Positions 20,715-29,527 of a stretch of DNA of 64,000 nt are shown here, one piece after another. Source of the stretch: Planctomycetota bacterium (GTDB lineage Bacteria; Planctomycetota; B15-G4; JADJEK01). The notes beneath the pieces are model-generated. The model was given only the letters and a program-made list of their open reading frames with translations. It was not told the origin of the DNA and ran no database searches. The translations under genes and the position numbers were made by a program. Each line of letters opens with the position of its first letter. The first letter of the stretch is position 1. Location of the stretch: assembly GCA_044225365.1 (NCBI GenBank), contig JBGAIQ010000018.1, positions 1-64,000 on the forward strand, given 5' to 3'.

Positions 20715-21992
20715 GTGACCGAATTCGATCCGACCGGGCCGCGCGGCGCATTTCGCGAAGTGCCCTACATGGGTGTGATCTTCGTGGTCGCCGAGGCCGT
20801 GAAGCGTGGCTTTTACAACGGGCACCCCGACTGGTGCAACCTTGGGCAAGGACAGCCCGAAGTCGGAACCCTCGCCGGGGCGCCGCGCCGTCTCGCCGAA
20901 GTGAGTCTCGATCCCACGGATCACGCCTACGGACCGCTCGAGGGAATCCCCGAGCTGCGTGAAAGTGTCGCGTCTCACTACAATCGGCTCTTTCGCAGAG
21001 AGCGCGGCAAGGACCGCTACGAGCCGCGCAACGTCGCGATCGTCCAAGGCGGGCGACTCGCGCTGACTCGCGCGCTCGCCGCGATCGGAAGCTGCGTCGT
21101 CGGGTACCAGGTCCCCGACTACACGGCGTACGAGGACATGCTCACGCTTCACCTCGCACGGATCCATACCGTCCCCGTGCGTACTCGAGCAGAGGACGGA
21201 TTCACGCTGACGGCGCGTCAATTCGAACGTGAGGTCGTCGACAAGGGCATCTCGGCGTTCATCCTCTCGAATCCGTGCAATCCCACCGGCGCGTTGATCG
21301 AGGGCGAGGCGTTGAAGAAGATCATCGACGTCGCGCGCAAACGTCGCGTGACGCTGATCCTCGACGAGTTCTACAGCCACTTCATCTACCGCGCGAACGG
21401 CGCGCCGGGCGCACGAGCGGTGTCGGGTGCCGATCACATCGTCGACGTCGAGCGCGATCCGGTCGTGCTGATCGACGGCCTCACGAAGAGCTTCCGCTAT
21501 CCCGGATGGCGAGTCGGTTGGGCGGTGGGTCCATCGGCGATGATCGAAAGCATGGCACGCACGGCCTCCTCGATCGACGGCGGCCCGTCGCGCATCGCGC
21601 AGCGCGCGGCGATCGAGGTATTGAAACCCGCCCGTGCGGACCAGGAAACCACCGCGTTGCGAGTCGCGTTCGCCAAGAAACGAGCGCTGATGCTCGACCG
21701 CTTGAAGCGCCTCGGAATCTCGTTCCCGATCGAGCCGCGAGGAACGTTCTATTGTTTCGGTGACCTCAGCAAGCTCGCCAAGCCGTTCGACAACGCCATG
21801 GACTTCTTCTGGCGCGCACTCGAGCACAAGGTCATGACGGTTCCCGGCGAGTTCTTCGACGTGAACCCGGGCAAGTTGCGCAAAGGACCATCGCCTTATC
21901 GCTCCTGGATGCGGTTCTCCTTTGGTCCGCCCCACGCCAACGTGAAGCTCGGACTCGAAAGGCTCGAGGAGATGCTCCGCGGCAGGTCATGA
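20715..21992 (+). CDS. PLP-dependent aminotransferase class I/II
   Basis: NLGQGQPE, SNPCNPTG, DEFY, TKS...PGWRVGW. Confidence 0.9.
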   Translation: MTEFDPTGPRGAFREVPYMGVIFVVAEAVKRGFYNGHPDWCNLGQGQPEVGTLAGAPRRLAEVSLDPTDHAYGPLEGIPELRESVASHYNRLFRRERGKDRYEPRNVAIVQGGRLALTRALAAIGSCVVGYQVPDYTAYEDMLTLHLARIHTVPVRTRAEDGFTLTARQFEREVVDKGISAFILSNPCNPTGALIEGEALKKIIDVARKRRVTLILDEFYSHFIYRANGAPGARAVSGADHIVDVERDPVVLIDGLTKSFRYPGWRVGWAVGPSAMIESMARTASSIDGGPSRIAQRAAIEVLKPARADQETTALRVAFAKKRALMLDRLKRLGISFPIEPRGTFYCFGDLSKLAKPFDNAMDFFWRALEHKVMTVPGEFFDVNPGKLRKGPSPYRSWMRFSFGPPHANVKLGLERLEEMLRGRS

Positions 21993-24211
21993 ACGGCTCG
22001 CGGGCACGAGTCATCGTCGCGCTGGGCGCCCTCGCGTGGAGCAGTGCTTCCATCGCCTTCACGAGAAAGGTCCAGGACCCGGCGCCAAGTCCGCCCCGAT
22101 CGATCCATACGCTCGCCGATCTGCTCGATGCAGCCGCTAATTCACTCGCCCACGGCGACGCGGACGCGGCCTTCTCGTCGTTCGAGGTCGCCCTGAGAAT
22201 CGCGAGTGGCCCGTGCGAAGAGTTGCTGACGAGGACGGCGAGGCTCGATGCGTACGTCCGGATCCTCCGCCCGGAGGGAGGCGATGCCGACGCGACGCGC
22301 ATCGAAGATCTACTCGCGACCGAATGCAGCGAATCGTCGGATGCCGAAAGACGGGCGCTGTTCGTCCTCGCGAGTTGGCAACATGGAATGGCGATGGCGC
22401 CGGGAATCGGCGCGTCGAGAGTTCAATACGACGAAGAGGCCGCCACGACGCTCGCTCGCAGCCTCGCCCTCGCGAAGTCCGATCCCGAGCGCGCCGAGGT
22501 CCTCGAGCTGTCGTCGCTCGTTCATGCCAGCCTGGCACGACTCGATCTCGCGATGGCGGATGTCCTCGCCGCCGCCCGGATCTTCGATGCGGAGCACGAT
22601 TCGGAGGGTGCGACGCGCTGCCTGCGGCGCCGTGCCTACGTCGCGTATCGCCAGGGCGACACGACGACGGCGCTCGCATTGCTCGCCGAACATCGAGCCG
22701 CGCTCGCGGCGGCTCGCGGCGACGAACCCGACACGACCGAGTCGAGGTCGAATGCGTACATCACGATCCTCGCGCAACTCGAGAGCGGCGATCTCGACTC
22801 CGCCGCCGCGTCGATCGACGACTTCGTGAAGCGATCCGCGCAGATCCTGGCGAGGATGACAATGTGGACCGACGTGCTCCGGACCCACGAGGCTTCGGCG
22901 CCGCAGGTCTCCGCACTCCTCTGGGCGCTTCTCCGCCACGGGAGGGCACACCCCGAAAACGCTGCGCGGGTTTCGAGCCTGGCAACCGCGCTGGCGGAGA
23001 GCACGAAGTCGCGCCTGCTGCGGATCGCGCTCGGCAATCCACTCCGCATGGATCATGTCGAGCGATCACGGGAGCGGGCGATCCCGAAGAAGATCGTGCT
23101 CGTCCGCTACGTCGAGACCCTCGACGAAACGACGCGCGAGCGACGCTACGCGGTGGTAGCCACCCATGGCGATATCGAGCGATTCGTCGACCTCGGACCC
23201 GCGACAGAGATCGACGAGAAGGTCCGCCATTTCATCGAGGTCGACCTCTCGCTCGCCGAGCCCATCGCGAGTGCCGAGCGATTCGCGAACGACGCGCACG
23301 ACCTCTTCGAGGGATTGCTCGGTGCAACGACCGACTGGCTCTCGTCCGAGAGCCCCACTCGGCTCGTCGTCATCGCCGAGGGCTCGATCGCTCGGGTGCC
23401 GTTCGATGCGCTCGTGGTTTCGAGAGGAGAAACGTCCGACTTCGCGAGCCTCGACTACCTCGTCCGCCACGTCGCGGTCGTCCATCTCCCGGGACTCTGC
23501 GTACTCGACGCATTGCCGACACCCGATGCGTGCGACCGGATCGTGGGCGTGATGGCATCCGATACCGCCGATGGCGCGAGCGCTCTGCGCTTCCTGGATC
23601 GCGAAGAATCCGCGATTCGAGCAACGCACGAACGCTGTTCGATCTTGTCCGGTTCTCGTGCGACGCGAAACAACCTCGAAGATCTGCTCGCGGGTCCGAA
23701 GATCGGCTGGCTCCATCTCGCGTGCCACGCCGAGCCCGATCCCACCGCACGGAACGCCGCGCGATTGCGCCTGGTGTCCGAGAGCGCGACGTCGCGGGGC
23801 GATTCCTGCCTGCGAGCGATCGAGATCCTCGCGCTCCCTCTCCCGCGAGGCACACGCATCGTGCTGTCCGGGTGTGGAACGGCGAGCGGTGATTTCGTGC
23901 GGGGCGAGGGCGTGGCCGGCATCTGGCGCGCATTCCTGGCAGCGGGCGCGAGCAGCGTCGTGTCGACCCTGCGGCCCGTCGACGATCGCTCTGCGGCCGA
24001 TTGGATGACGGTGTTCCACCGGACCGCGGCGCGGGGCGTACCTCTTGCCGAGGCCGCACGCGAAGCCGACCTTGCCGCCATCACGGGTGCGGGACGCACC
24101 ACGCTGCCGCGCGGGAGCAGGATTCACGACGGGGCGCATCCTGCCCTGTGGGCGGCGTACATCTGCATCGGCGACGACGGGGGCACATTGCCCGCGCGGC
24201 TGTCCCATTGA
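21989..24211 (+). CDS. CHAT-domain (caspase-like) protease with helical/TPR-like N-terminus
   Basis: AE..KSR.L, VPFDAL, HLACHA and LSGCGT catalytic dyad, GEG, AFLAAGASSVVSTL.PVDD, HPA.WAAY. Confidence 0.85.
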   Translation: MNGSRARVIVALGALAWSSASIAFTRKVQDPAPSPPRSIHTLADLLDAAANSLAHGDADAAFSSFEVALRIASGPCEELLTRTARLDAYVRILRPEGGDADATRIEDLLATECSESSDAERRALFVLASWQHGMAMAPGIGASRVQYDEEAATTLARSLALAKSDPERAEVLELSSLVHASLARLDLAMADVLAAARIFDAEHDSEGATRCLRRRAYVAYRQGDTTTALALLAEHRAALAAARGDEPDTTESRSNAYITILAQLESGDLDSAAASIDDFVKRSAQILARMTMWTDVLRTHEASAPQVSALLWALLRHGRAHPENAARVSSLATALAESTKSRLLRIALGNPLRMDHVERSRERAIPKKIVLVRYVETLDETTRERRYAVVATHGDIERFVDLGPATEIDEKVRHFIEVDLSLAEPIASAERFANDAHDLFEGLLGATTDWLSSESPTRLVVIAEGSIARVPFDALVVSRGETSDFASLDYLVRHVAVVHLPGLCVLDALPTPDACDRIVGVMASDTADGASALRFLDREESAIRATHERCSILSGSRATRNNLEDLLAGPKIGWLHLACHAEPDPTARNAARLRLVSESATSRGDSCLRAIEILALPLPRGTRIVLSGCGTASGDFVRGEGVAGIWRAFLAAGASSVVSTLRPVDDRSAADWMTVFHRTAARGVPLAEAAREADLAAITGAGRTTLPRGSRIHDGAHPALWAAYICIGDDGGTLPARLSH

Positions 24212-24272
24212 GAATCGGCGTGATCGCGCACGGCGAGTCGAGTAAGAGTAGGGGCGCGCGGCTGTGCGCCCG

Positions 24273-24306
24273 ATCCGTCATCCGTCATCCGTCATCCGCC
24301 ATCCGT
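24273..24306 (+). repeat. Short tandem repeat (ATCCGTC) x ~5
   Basis: atccgtc atccgtc atccgtc atccgcc atccgt, intergenic. Confidence 0.8.
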
Positions 24307-24345
24307 AGGGCCGCTTCAAGAAGTACATACTCCCAGAAGACGCCG

Positions 24346-24801
24346 ATGTCCCAGTCAAAGGCCAACGACGACGCAGAGATCGCCGCCGGGATCATCCTGT
24401 ACCGACGCACCGGGCGAGGTCGCGAGTTCCTGCTGCTGCGCAACGCCAAGCACCGCAGCTGGGGATTTGCGAAGGGGCACGCCGAAGCGAACGAAACGTC
24501 CGAAGAGACCGCGCGGCGCGAGACCCTCGAGGAGACGGGAATTCGTCATTTCGACCTCGTGGATGGCTTCGAGGAGCGAATCGAGTACTACATCCGGACT
24601 CGCGATGGAGATCGCCGGCGCAAGCTCGTCGTCTACTACCTCGCGGAGACCAAGTCCGACGCGGTGCGATCCGATGAGCACGATCAGATGGAGTGGATTC
24701 CGGCGGAAGCGGCACGCGATCGCATCGGACACGCCAATCTGAAGAGCGTGCTCGATCGCGCGATCGCTCGACTCGAGTTCCGGGATCGATCCACCGATTG
24801 A
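24346..24801 (+). CDS. NUDIX hydrolase (Ap4A hydrolase-like)
   Basis: WGFAKGHAEANETSEETARRETLEETG Nudix box; SDEH. Confidence 0.85.
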   Translation: MSQSKANDDAEIAAGIILYRRTGRGREFLLLRNAKHRSWGFAKGHAEANETSEETARRETLEETGIRHFDLVDGFEERIEYYIRTRDGDRRRKLVVYYLAETKSDAVRSDEHDQMEWIPAEAARDRIGHANLKSVLDRAIARLEFRDRSTD

Positions 24802-24903
24802 TCGCGCCTGATTTCGTGCGTGGGTCGAAGGCCGATCCACGCCGATGAGGATGTGCTAAGTTCCAGTGCTTCGCAGCCCAGCAGAAGAAAGCGATTCGAG
24901 ACC

Positions 24904-25422
24904 ATGCTCGACGACGTCAAGAAACTGATTCGCGACATTCCCGACTTCCCCAAGAAGGGGATCGTGTTCAAGGACATCACGCCGTTGCTCGCGAATGGCC
25001 CCGCGTTTCGAAAGGTGACGGCGGCGTTCGCCGAGAAGCTCGCGACGAAGCCGGTCGACAAGATCGTCGGCATCGAGTCGCGCGGCTTCATCTTCGGCGC
25101 AGCACTCGCTCACGCGCTCGGCATCGGTTTCGTCCCAGTGCGCAAGCCAGGGAAGCTCCCCTACCAGACCGTACGCGAGTCGTACTCCCTCGAGTACGGC
25201 ACCGATTCTATCGAAGTGCACCGCGACGCGGTCGCTCCCGGGGAGCGGGTTGCGATCGTCGACGATCTGCTCGCGACGGGTGGCACGCTCGGCGCCTGCG
25301 AGAGCCTCATGCGCAAGCTCGGAGGCAATGTGGTCGCGAGCCTCGTCGTCGTCGAACTCTCGTTCTTGAACGGTCGGTCGAAGTTGCGCGAGAACGAACT
25401 GATCTCGTTGCTGCAGTACTGA
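24904..25422 (+). CDS. apt: Adenine phosphoribosyltransferase
   Basis: IPDFPKKGIVFKDITPLL, ESRGF, RKPGKLP, LEYGTD, VDDLLATGGT. Confidence 0.97.
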   Translation: MLDDVKKLIRDIPDFPKKGIVFKDITPLLANGPAFRKVTAAFAEKLATKPVDKIVGIESRGFIFGAALAHALGIGFVPVRKPGKLPYQTVRESYSLEYGTDSIEVHRDAVAPGERVAIVDDLLATGGTLGACESLMRKLGGNVVASLVVVELSFLNGRSKLRENELISLLQY

Positions 25423-25742
25423 GACATCGCTCCGCGCGGGTTCAGTTCGCCGTCGGAACACCGCGAAAAGAGTCCTGGGATCTTCCGACGCAGACTTTCA
25501 GTGGATTCGTGAGCGCGACGATGGTGCCCGTAGAAGGCATCGATCGAGCATTCCGCAGCGGATGGGCGGAACATTCCGTCCGCGCCGTCCGTTTTCGAAG
25601 TTGCCGCTGTGCAGACTCTCGGCTACAGGTCAGGCGCAGTTCGGAGTGCTCGAGTTTTTTGCGGGCCGACCTCTTGGGTGGAGGTATATTCACCCGAACT
25701 GTGATTCTGGCGATTCCCCCGACGAGTCGCGCGGAGCAGCCC

Positions 25743-26252
25743 ATGGTGACCGACTTCGAAGAACGCCTGCGGAAGATTCGCGAAGAAAAGAGTCGCGAGT
25801 CCGAAGCCCACAAGCGACACGCGGATGAACTGGCGCACGAACGCCAGGTTCAGCTGGCGGATCTGTTCGAACGTCGCGAGCAGCTCGAGAGGGCGATCGA
25901 GCAGTACAGCGACAAGTTCATGGAGGTCGTTCCCGCCTTCACGCGTACGAAGTCCTTCTTCGAGGGCAAGTACAAGGTGGAGGTCAACAGCGACGAGATC
26001 GTGGTGGGAGACAACGGCCGTATGGGCAAGTTGTTCTCGCGCGTCACCTTCCTGTTGGACACCCAATCCATGGATGGGCGAATCGTCGTCCGCTGCAAGA
26101 AGACGGTCCGAAATCGCGACTTGGAGACGACGAGCACGGCGGTGGAGAGGTCCCCCGAAGCGCTCGAGACGTTCCAGCGCTACGCCGAGCAGCAGTTCAT
26201 CGAATTCGCCGGCGCCTACTTCGATGGAGAGCCATCGGCGAAGACTCGCTGA
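25743..26252 (+). CDS. Hypothetical cytoplasmic protein (coiled-coil N-terminus)
   Basis: GGAG RBS before ATG 25743; typical codon usage; terminator follows. Confidence 0.7.
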   Translation: MVTDFEERLRKIREEKSRESEAHKRHADELAHERQVQLADLFERREQLERAIEQYSDKFMEVVPAFTRTKSFFEGKYKVEVNSDEIVVGDNGRMGKLFSRVTFLLDTQSMDGRIVVRCKKTVRNRDLETTSTAVERSPEALETFQRYAEQQFIEFAGAYFDGEPSAKTR

Positions 26253-26280
26253 ACGAGGGTACTCGCGCGAATTCGATCCC

Positions 26281-26324
26281 GGACGGCGGCTCGCAGACCT
26301 TGCGATCCGCCGTTCTTGCTTTTC
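26281..26324 (+). terminator. Probable intrinsic terminator
   Basis: GGACGGCGG-CTCGCA-GACCT-TGCGA-TCCGCCGTTC followed by TTGCTTTT. Confidence 0.55.
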
Positions 26325-26695
26325 CCACTCCTCTCACGCCCCGCCAAACCCCACCGACTTGAGCCGCCGTCACCCGTTGGCGAACCATGGACACCGTGGT
26401 GAAAGCCGTTGGGCGACAGAGCTTTCGAGTCGCGCCGCGAAACGTCTGTCGGCATTTCGCGGTGCGCGAGTTGCGGCCCGTCGAGAATCGGACGACAAAG
26501 GATGCGCGGTATTCGGAAGCGCCAAAGCGGTACGACCGACGGGTCAAGATCTGCCGATGCCGCCCCCTCGAGTCGTACCGTTCCGATCTCGTCCACTTTT
26601 CACACTTTTCTCAGATTAAATAAACTACTTTTTTCGCTGGGAAGGCGCCTGGCGCCGGATAGAGTTCGCCCTGTTCAGTTCCGGGCGTCCGGAAC

Positions 26696-26808
26696 GGGCA
26701 CAAAGGCAAACTTCCCGAAAGGGAAGGACGCAAAGCTTCAGGACCTAAGCCGTCGGTCGAATCACTGTCCGAGTGACCACGCCGTCGGGATGGTAGCCAG
26801 TTGCCGCC
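26696..26808 (+). promoter_or_regulatory. c-di-GMP-I (GEMM) riboswitch
   Basis: GGCAAA-CTTCCC-GAAA-GGGAAG-GACGCAAAGC...CTAA...ATGGTAGCCAGTTGCC, the conserved GEMM signature with GNRA loop. Confidence 0.9.
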
Positions 26809-26853
26809 GCACCGGATCTTCGATCCGCCGGGGGCGTGAATATGGAGGTTCGC

Positions 26854-27711
26854 ATGCTTCGGGAAACCAAGTCGGTCCCTTCCGCGCAGAAGGCCGCAGC
26901 CCCAGTCGCTACGTTGGAGAACCCCACCCCGACCACCGGAACGGTGCCGTCGAGCGACGTGGACGACGTGTGGCGCGAGTACAAAAAGACCGGCGCCGAG
27001 GACCTCCGCAATCAACTCATCGTGCGTTATCTGCCGCTCGTGAAGTACATCTCCGAGCGCCTGCTGATGAGCCTCCCGAAGAGCATCGAACTCGAAGACC
27101 TCCAGAGTTCAGGCGTCTTCGGATTGATGGATGCGATCGACGGCTTCGACCTCGACCGCGGGATCAAGTTCAAGACCTACTGCACCACGCGCATCCGCGG
27201 CTCGATCCTCGACGAGCTGCGTTCGCAGGACTGGGTTCCCCGTCTCGTCCGCCTCAAGGCCCACCAGATCTCCAAGGCGGAACAGAGCCTCGAGGTCGAG
27301 CTTGGGCGCTGCCCGACGGCATTCGAGATGGCGAAGAAGCTCGGGATCTCGCTCGACGAATACGGCAACCTTCGCGAAGCTTCCTCCGCCCGCACGATCT
27401 TCTCGCTCAGCGAGAAGTGGGACGAGAGCGACGACGACGATTCACTCGCGAAGATCGAAGTGATCGAGGACAAGAACAGCGTCGACCCGGCCGAGAACCT
27501 CGGCCAGAAGGACGTCCTGAACGCGATCACTCGCAGCCTCTCCAAGAAGGAGAAGCTCATCGTGATCATGTACTACTACGAAGGACTCACGATGCGGGAG
27601 ATCGGTGACATCCTGAATCTCACCGAATCGCGCGTCTGCCAGATCCATTCGAACGTGATGTCGAAGCTGAAGGTGCAGCTCGACAAGGCGCGGACGAAGG
27701 TCGCTTCCTGA
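26854..27711 (+). CDS. fliA: FliA/WhiG-family RNA polymerase sigma factor (sigma28)
   Basis: RNQLIVRYLPLVKY, FKTYCTTRIRGSILDELRSQDWVPR, YYEGLTMREIG.ILNLTESRVCQIH; GGAGG RBS. Confidence 0.9.
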   Translation: MLRETKSVPSAQKAAAPVATLENPTPTTGTVPSSDVDDVWREYKKTGAEDLRNQLIVRYLPLVKYISERLLMSLPKSIELEDLQSSGVFGLMDAIDGFDLDRGIKFKTYCTTRIRGSILDELRSQDWVPRLVRLKAHQISKAEQSLEVELGRCPTAFEMAKKLGISLDEYGNLREASSARTIFSLSEKWDESDDDDSLAKIEVIEDKNSVDPAENLGQKDVLNAITRSLSKKEKLIVIMYYYEGLTMREIGDILNLTESRVCQIHSNVMSKLKVQLDKARTKVAS

Positions 27712-27727
27712 GAAAGTCGTTCCAAGT

Positions 27728-27760
27728 CGCGGCCCGGGGTGCGAAGCGCTCCGGGCCGCG
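27728..27760. terminator. GC-rich hairpin between convergent genes
   Basis: CGCGGCCCGGGGTGC-GAA-GCGCTCCGGGCCGCG. Confidence 0.6.
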
Positions 27761-29527
27761 TCATTTCTTCCGCGAAGCGCTCGAATCGGCGAGGATGCCC
27801 GTCGGACCGACTTTCAGACGACGGTCCATCGCGACGTCGACGAGCTTCGTGACCGCTCCTCCGACGAAGTGAATCTCGATCTCGTCGAGCTTCTCGACGG
27901 GCGCACCGAGAACGACGCGCGGATCGCTCGAAGCACAGTACGAACCGCAGGCAAGGCTCGAGACGATCCGCCGCTGATCCCCGAAACGGTAGATCACGCT
28001 CGCCCCGTAGGCACTCGCGCCTTTCGCATCGACGAGTTCGAGCTCGAGCGACTTTCCTACCCTCTTCGAATCGTTGCGCAGGAGCGCCGCAGGGCGGTTG
28101 TTCTGGACCAGCATGAGATCGACGTCGCCGTCGTTGTCGTAGTCGCCGCGCGCGACGGCGCGGACGACGCGCGGCACCTTCAGCGCCGCCGGGAGATCGT
28201 CGATCAACGACTTGAACGAGCCCTTGCCGTTGTTGATGAACAACTCGCTCCGTTCGGCATATGTGACTCCCGAACCGACCCAGACGTCGGCGATGTTGTC
28301 GATGATGTGACCGTTGCCGACGAACAGATCGAGATCGCCATCGAAATCGACGTCGAGGAAGGTCGTACCGAATCCAACGAAGGGCGACGCCGGCGGCGCG
28401 AGGCCCTTGAGATCCGTGAGATCCTCGAAGACGAGGTTCTTTCGATTGACGTACAGCGTGTTCGTTTCGCCGTCGAGATTGGTCACGAACAGGTCGGGGA
28501 GCAGGTCGTTGTTGCTGTCGCCCACCGCGATTCCCATTCCCGCTTCCGTGATTCCGTCGCGGTTGTACCCCGCATTCGACTTCTCGGTCCAGTCGACGAA
28601 ATGCCCCCCGTCGTTGCGAAACAGGAAGTTCGGCGTCGAATCGTTGGCGACGTAGAGATCGAGATCGCCGTCGACGTCGAGGTCCGACGCGATGACTCCG
28701 AGCCCCTTGCCATCGAGGTCGACGATGCCGGCCTGCGTCGTGACATCGGTGAAGGTACCGTTCCCGTCGTTGCGATAGAGCGAGTCCCGGGCGGACTTGA
28801 ATTGGTCGGGATGCGGATAGGCGAGGAACCCGTTCGGGTCCTTCGAGAGCCGTTTGTAGTCAGTGAGCGAGAACTGCACGTAGTTCGCGACATAGAGGTC
28901 GAGGTCCCCGTCGGCATCCATGTCGAAGAACGTCGCGGACGCGCTCCAGGCCGGATCGGCGACGCCCGCCTTCGTCGAGACATCGTCGAATGCCGTTCCG
29001 TCACGATTGCGCAGCAGGACGTTCGGTCCGTAGTTGGTGACGTAGAGGTCGACGCGCCCGTCCCCGTCGTAGTCGCCGGCGGTGACGCCCTGACCGTACC
29101 CGGTGCGACGCCCGTCGTTCGAGTCCGCCGTGAAGTCCTGGAACCGCCCGGCGCCGTCGTTGCGATAGAACCCGTTCTGCGCGGAGGCAAACCGGTCCTT
29201 CGTGTCCGCGAGGCCCCCGGATTGTCCGAGGAAGAGATCGAGGTCGCCATCGCCGTCGGCATCGAAGAACGCCGCGCTGCCACCCATCGTCTCGGGAAGA
29301 TGGCGATGGCCGATCGCGCCGTTCACGTGCGTGAAGGCGATTCCGGCTTCCTGAGTCACATCGACGAACTCGATGCCGCCCCGATTCACCGATACGGCGC
29401 CGTTCGGTGCCGGGGAGGGGAGCGCGTTGCCTTTCTCGGTCGAAACACCCCGCTTGCCGTCGTCGCAGGCCGGAGCGAGTCCGATCAACAGCAGGGCGAC
29501 GATGGACCCAGATCGAATCGAACTCAT
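27761..29527 (-). CDS. CRTAC1-like FG-GAP/VCBS repeat lipoprotein with ASPIC/UnbV C-terminus
   Basis: Lipobox-like LAPAC; repeated D.D.DGD.DL(Y/F)V.N motifs; FVDVTQEAGI; GSY..SS. Confidence 0.9.
   Translation of the reverse strand: MSSIRSGSIVALLLIGLAPACDDGKRGVSTEKGNALPSPAPNGAVSVNRGGIEFVDVTQEAGIAFTHVNGAIGHRHLPETMGGSAAFFDADGDGDLDLFLGQSGGLADTKDRFASAQNGFYRNDGAGRFQDFTADSNDGRRTGYGQGVTAGDYDGDGRVDLYVTNYGPNVLLRNRDGTAFDDVSTKAGVADPAWSASATFFDMDADGDLDLYVANYVQFSLTDYKRLSKDPNGFLAYPHPDQFKSARDSLYRNDGNGTFTDVTTQAGIVDLDGKGLGVIASDLDVDGDLDLYVANDSTPNFLFRNDGGHFVDWTEKSNAGYNRDGITEAGMGIAVGDSNNDLLPDLFVTNLDGETNTLYVNRKNLVFEDLTDLKGLAPPASPFVGFGTTFLDVDFDGDLDLFVGNGHIIDNIADVWVGSGVTYAERSELFINNGKGSFKSLIDDLPAALKVPRVVRAVARGDYDNDGDVDLMLVQNNRPAALLRNDSKRVGKSLELELVDAKGASAYGASVIYRFGDQRRIVSSLACGSYCASSDPRVVLGAPVEKLDEIEIHFVGGAVTKLVDVAMDRRLKVGPTGILADSSASRKK

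Noticed and set aside
26600-26665. sigma28 autoregulatory promoter upstream of fliA (TAAA ... GCCGGATA)
   Set aside because: Spacing between the elements is about 30 nt, far from the ~15 nt required
26701-26712. Possible cGAMP-sensing (GEMM-Ib) variant of the riboswitch
   Set aside because: The discriminating position (Vc2 G20 equivalent, in GGCAAAC) is G, consistent with c-di-GMP
28100-29300. Recurring GTCGAGGTC/GTCGCCGTC-type DNA repeats, CRISPR-like at first glance
   Set aside because: They are codons of FG-GAP DxDxDGD protein repeats with irregular spacing; no cas genes
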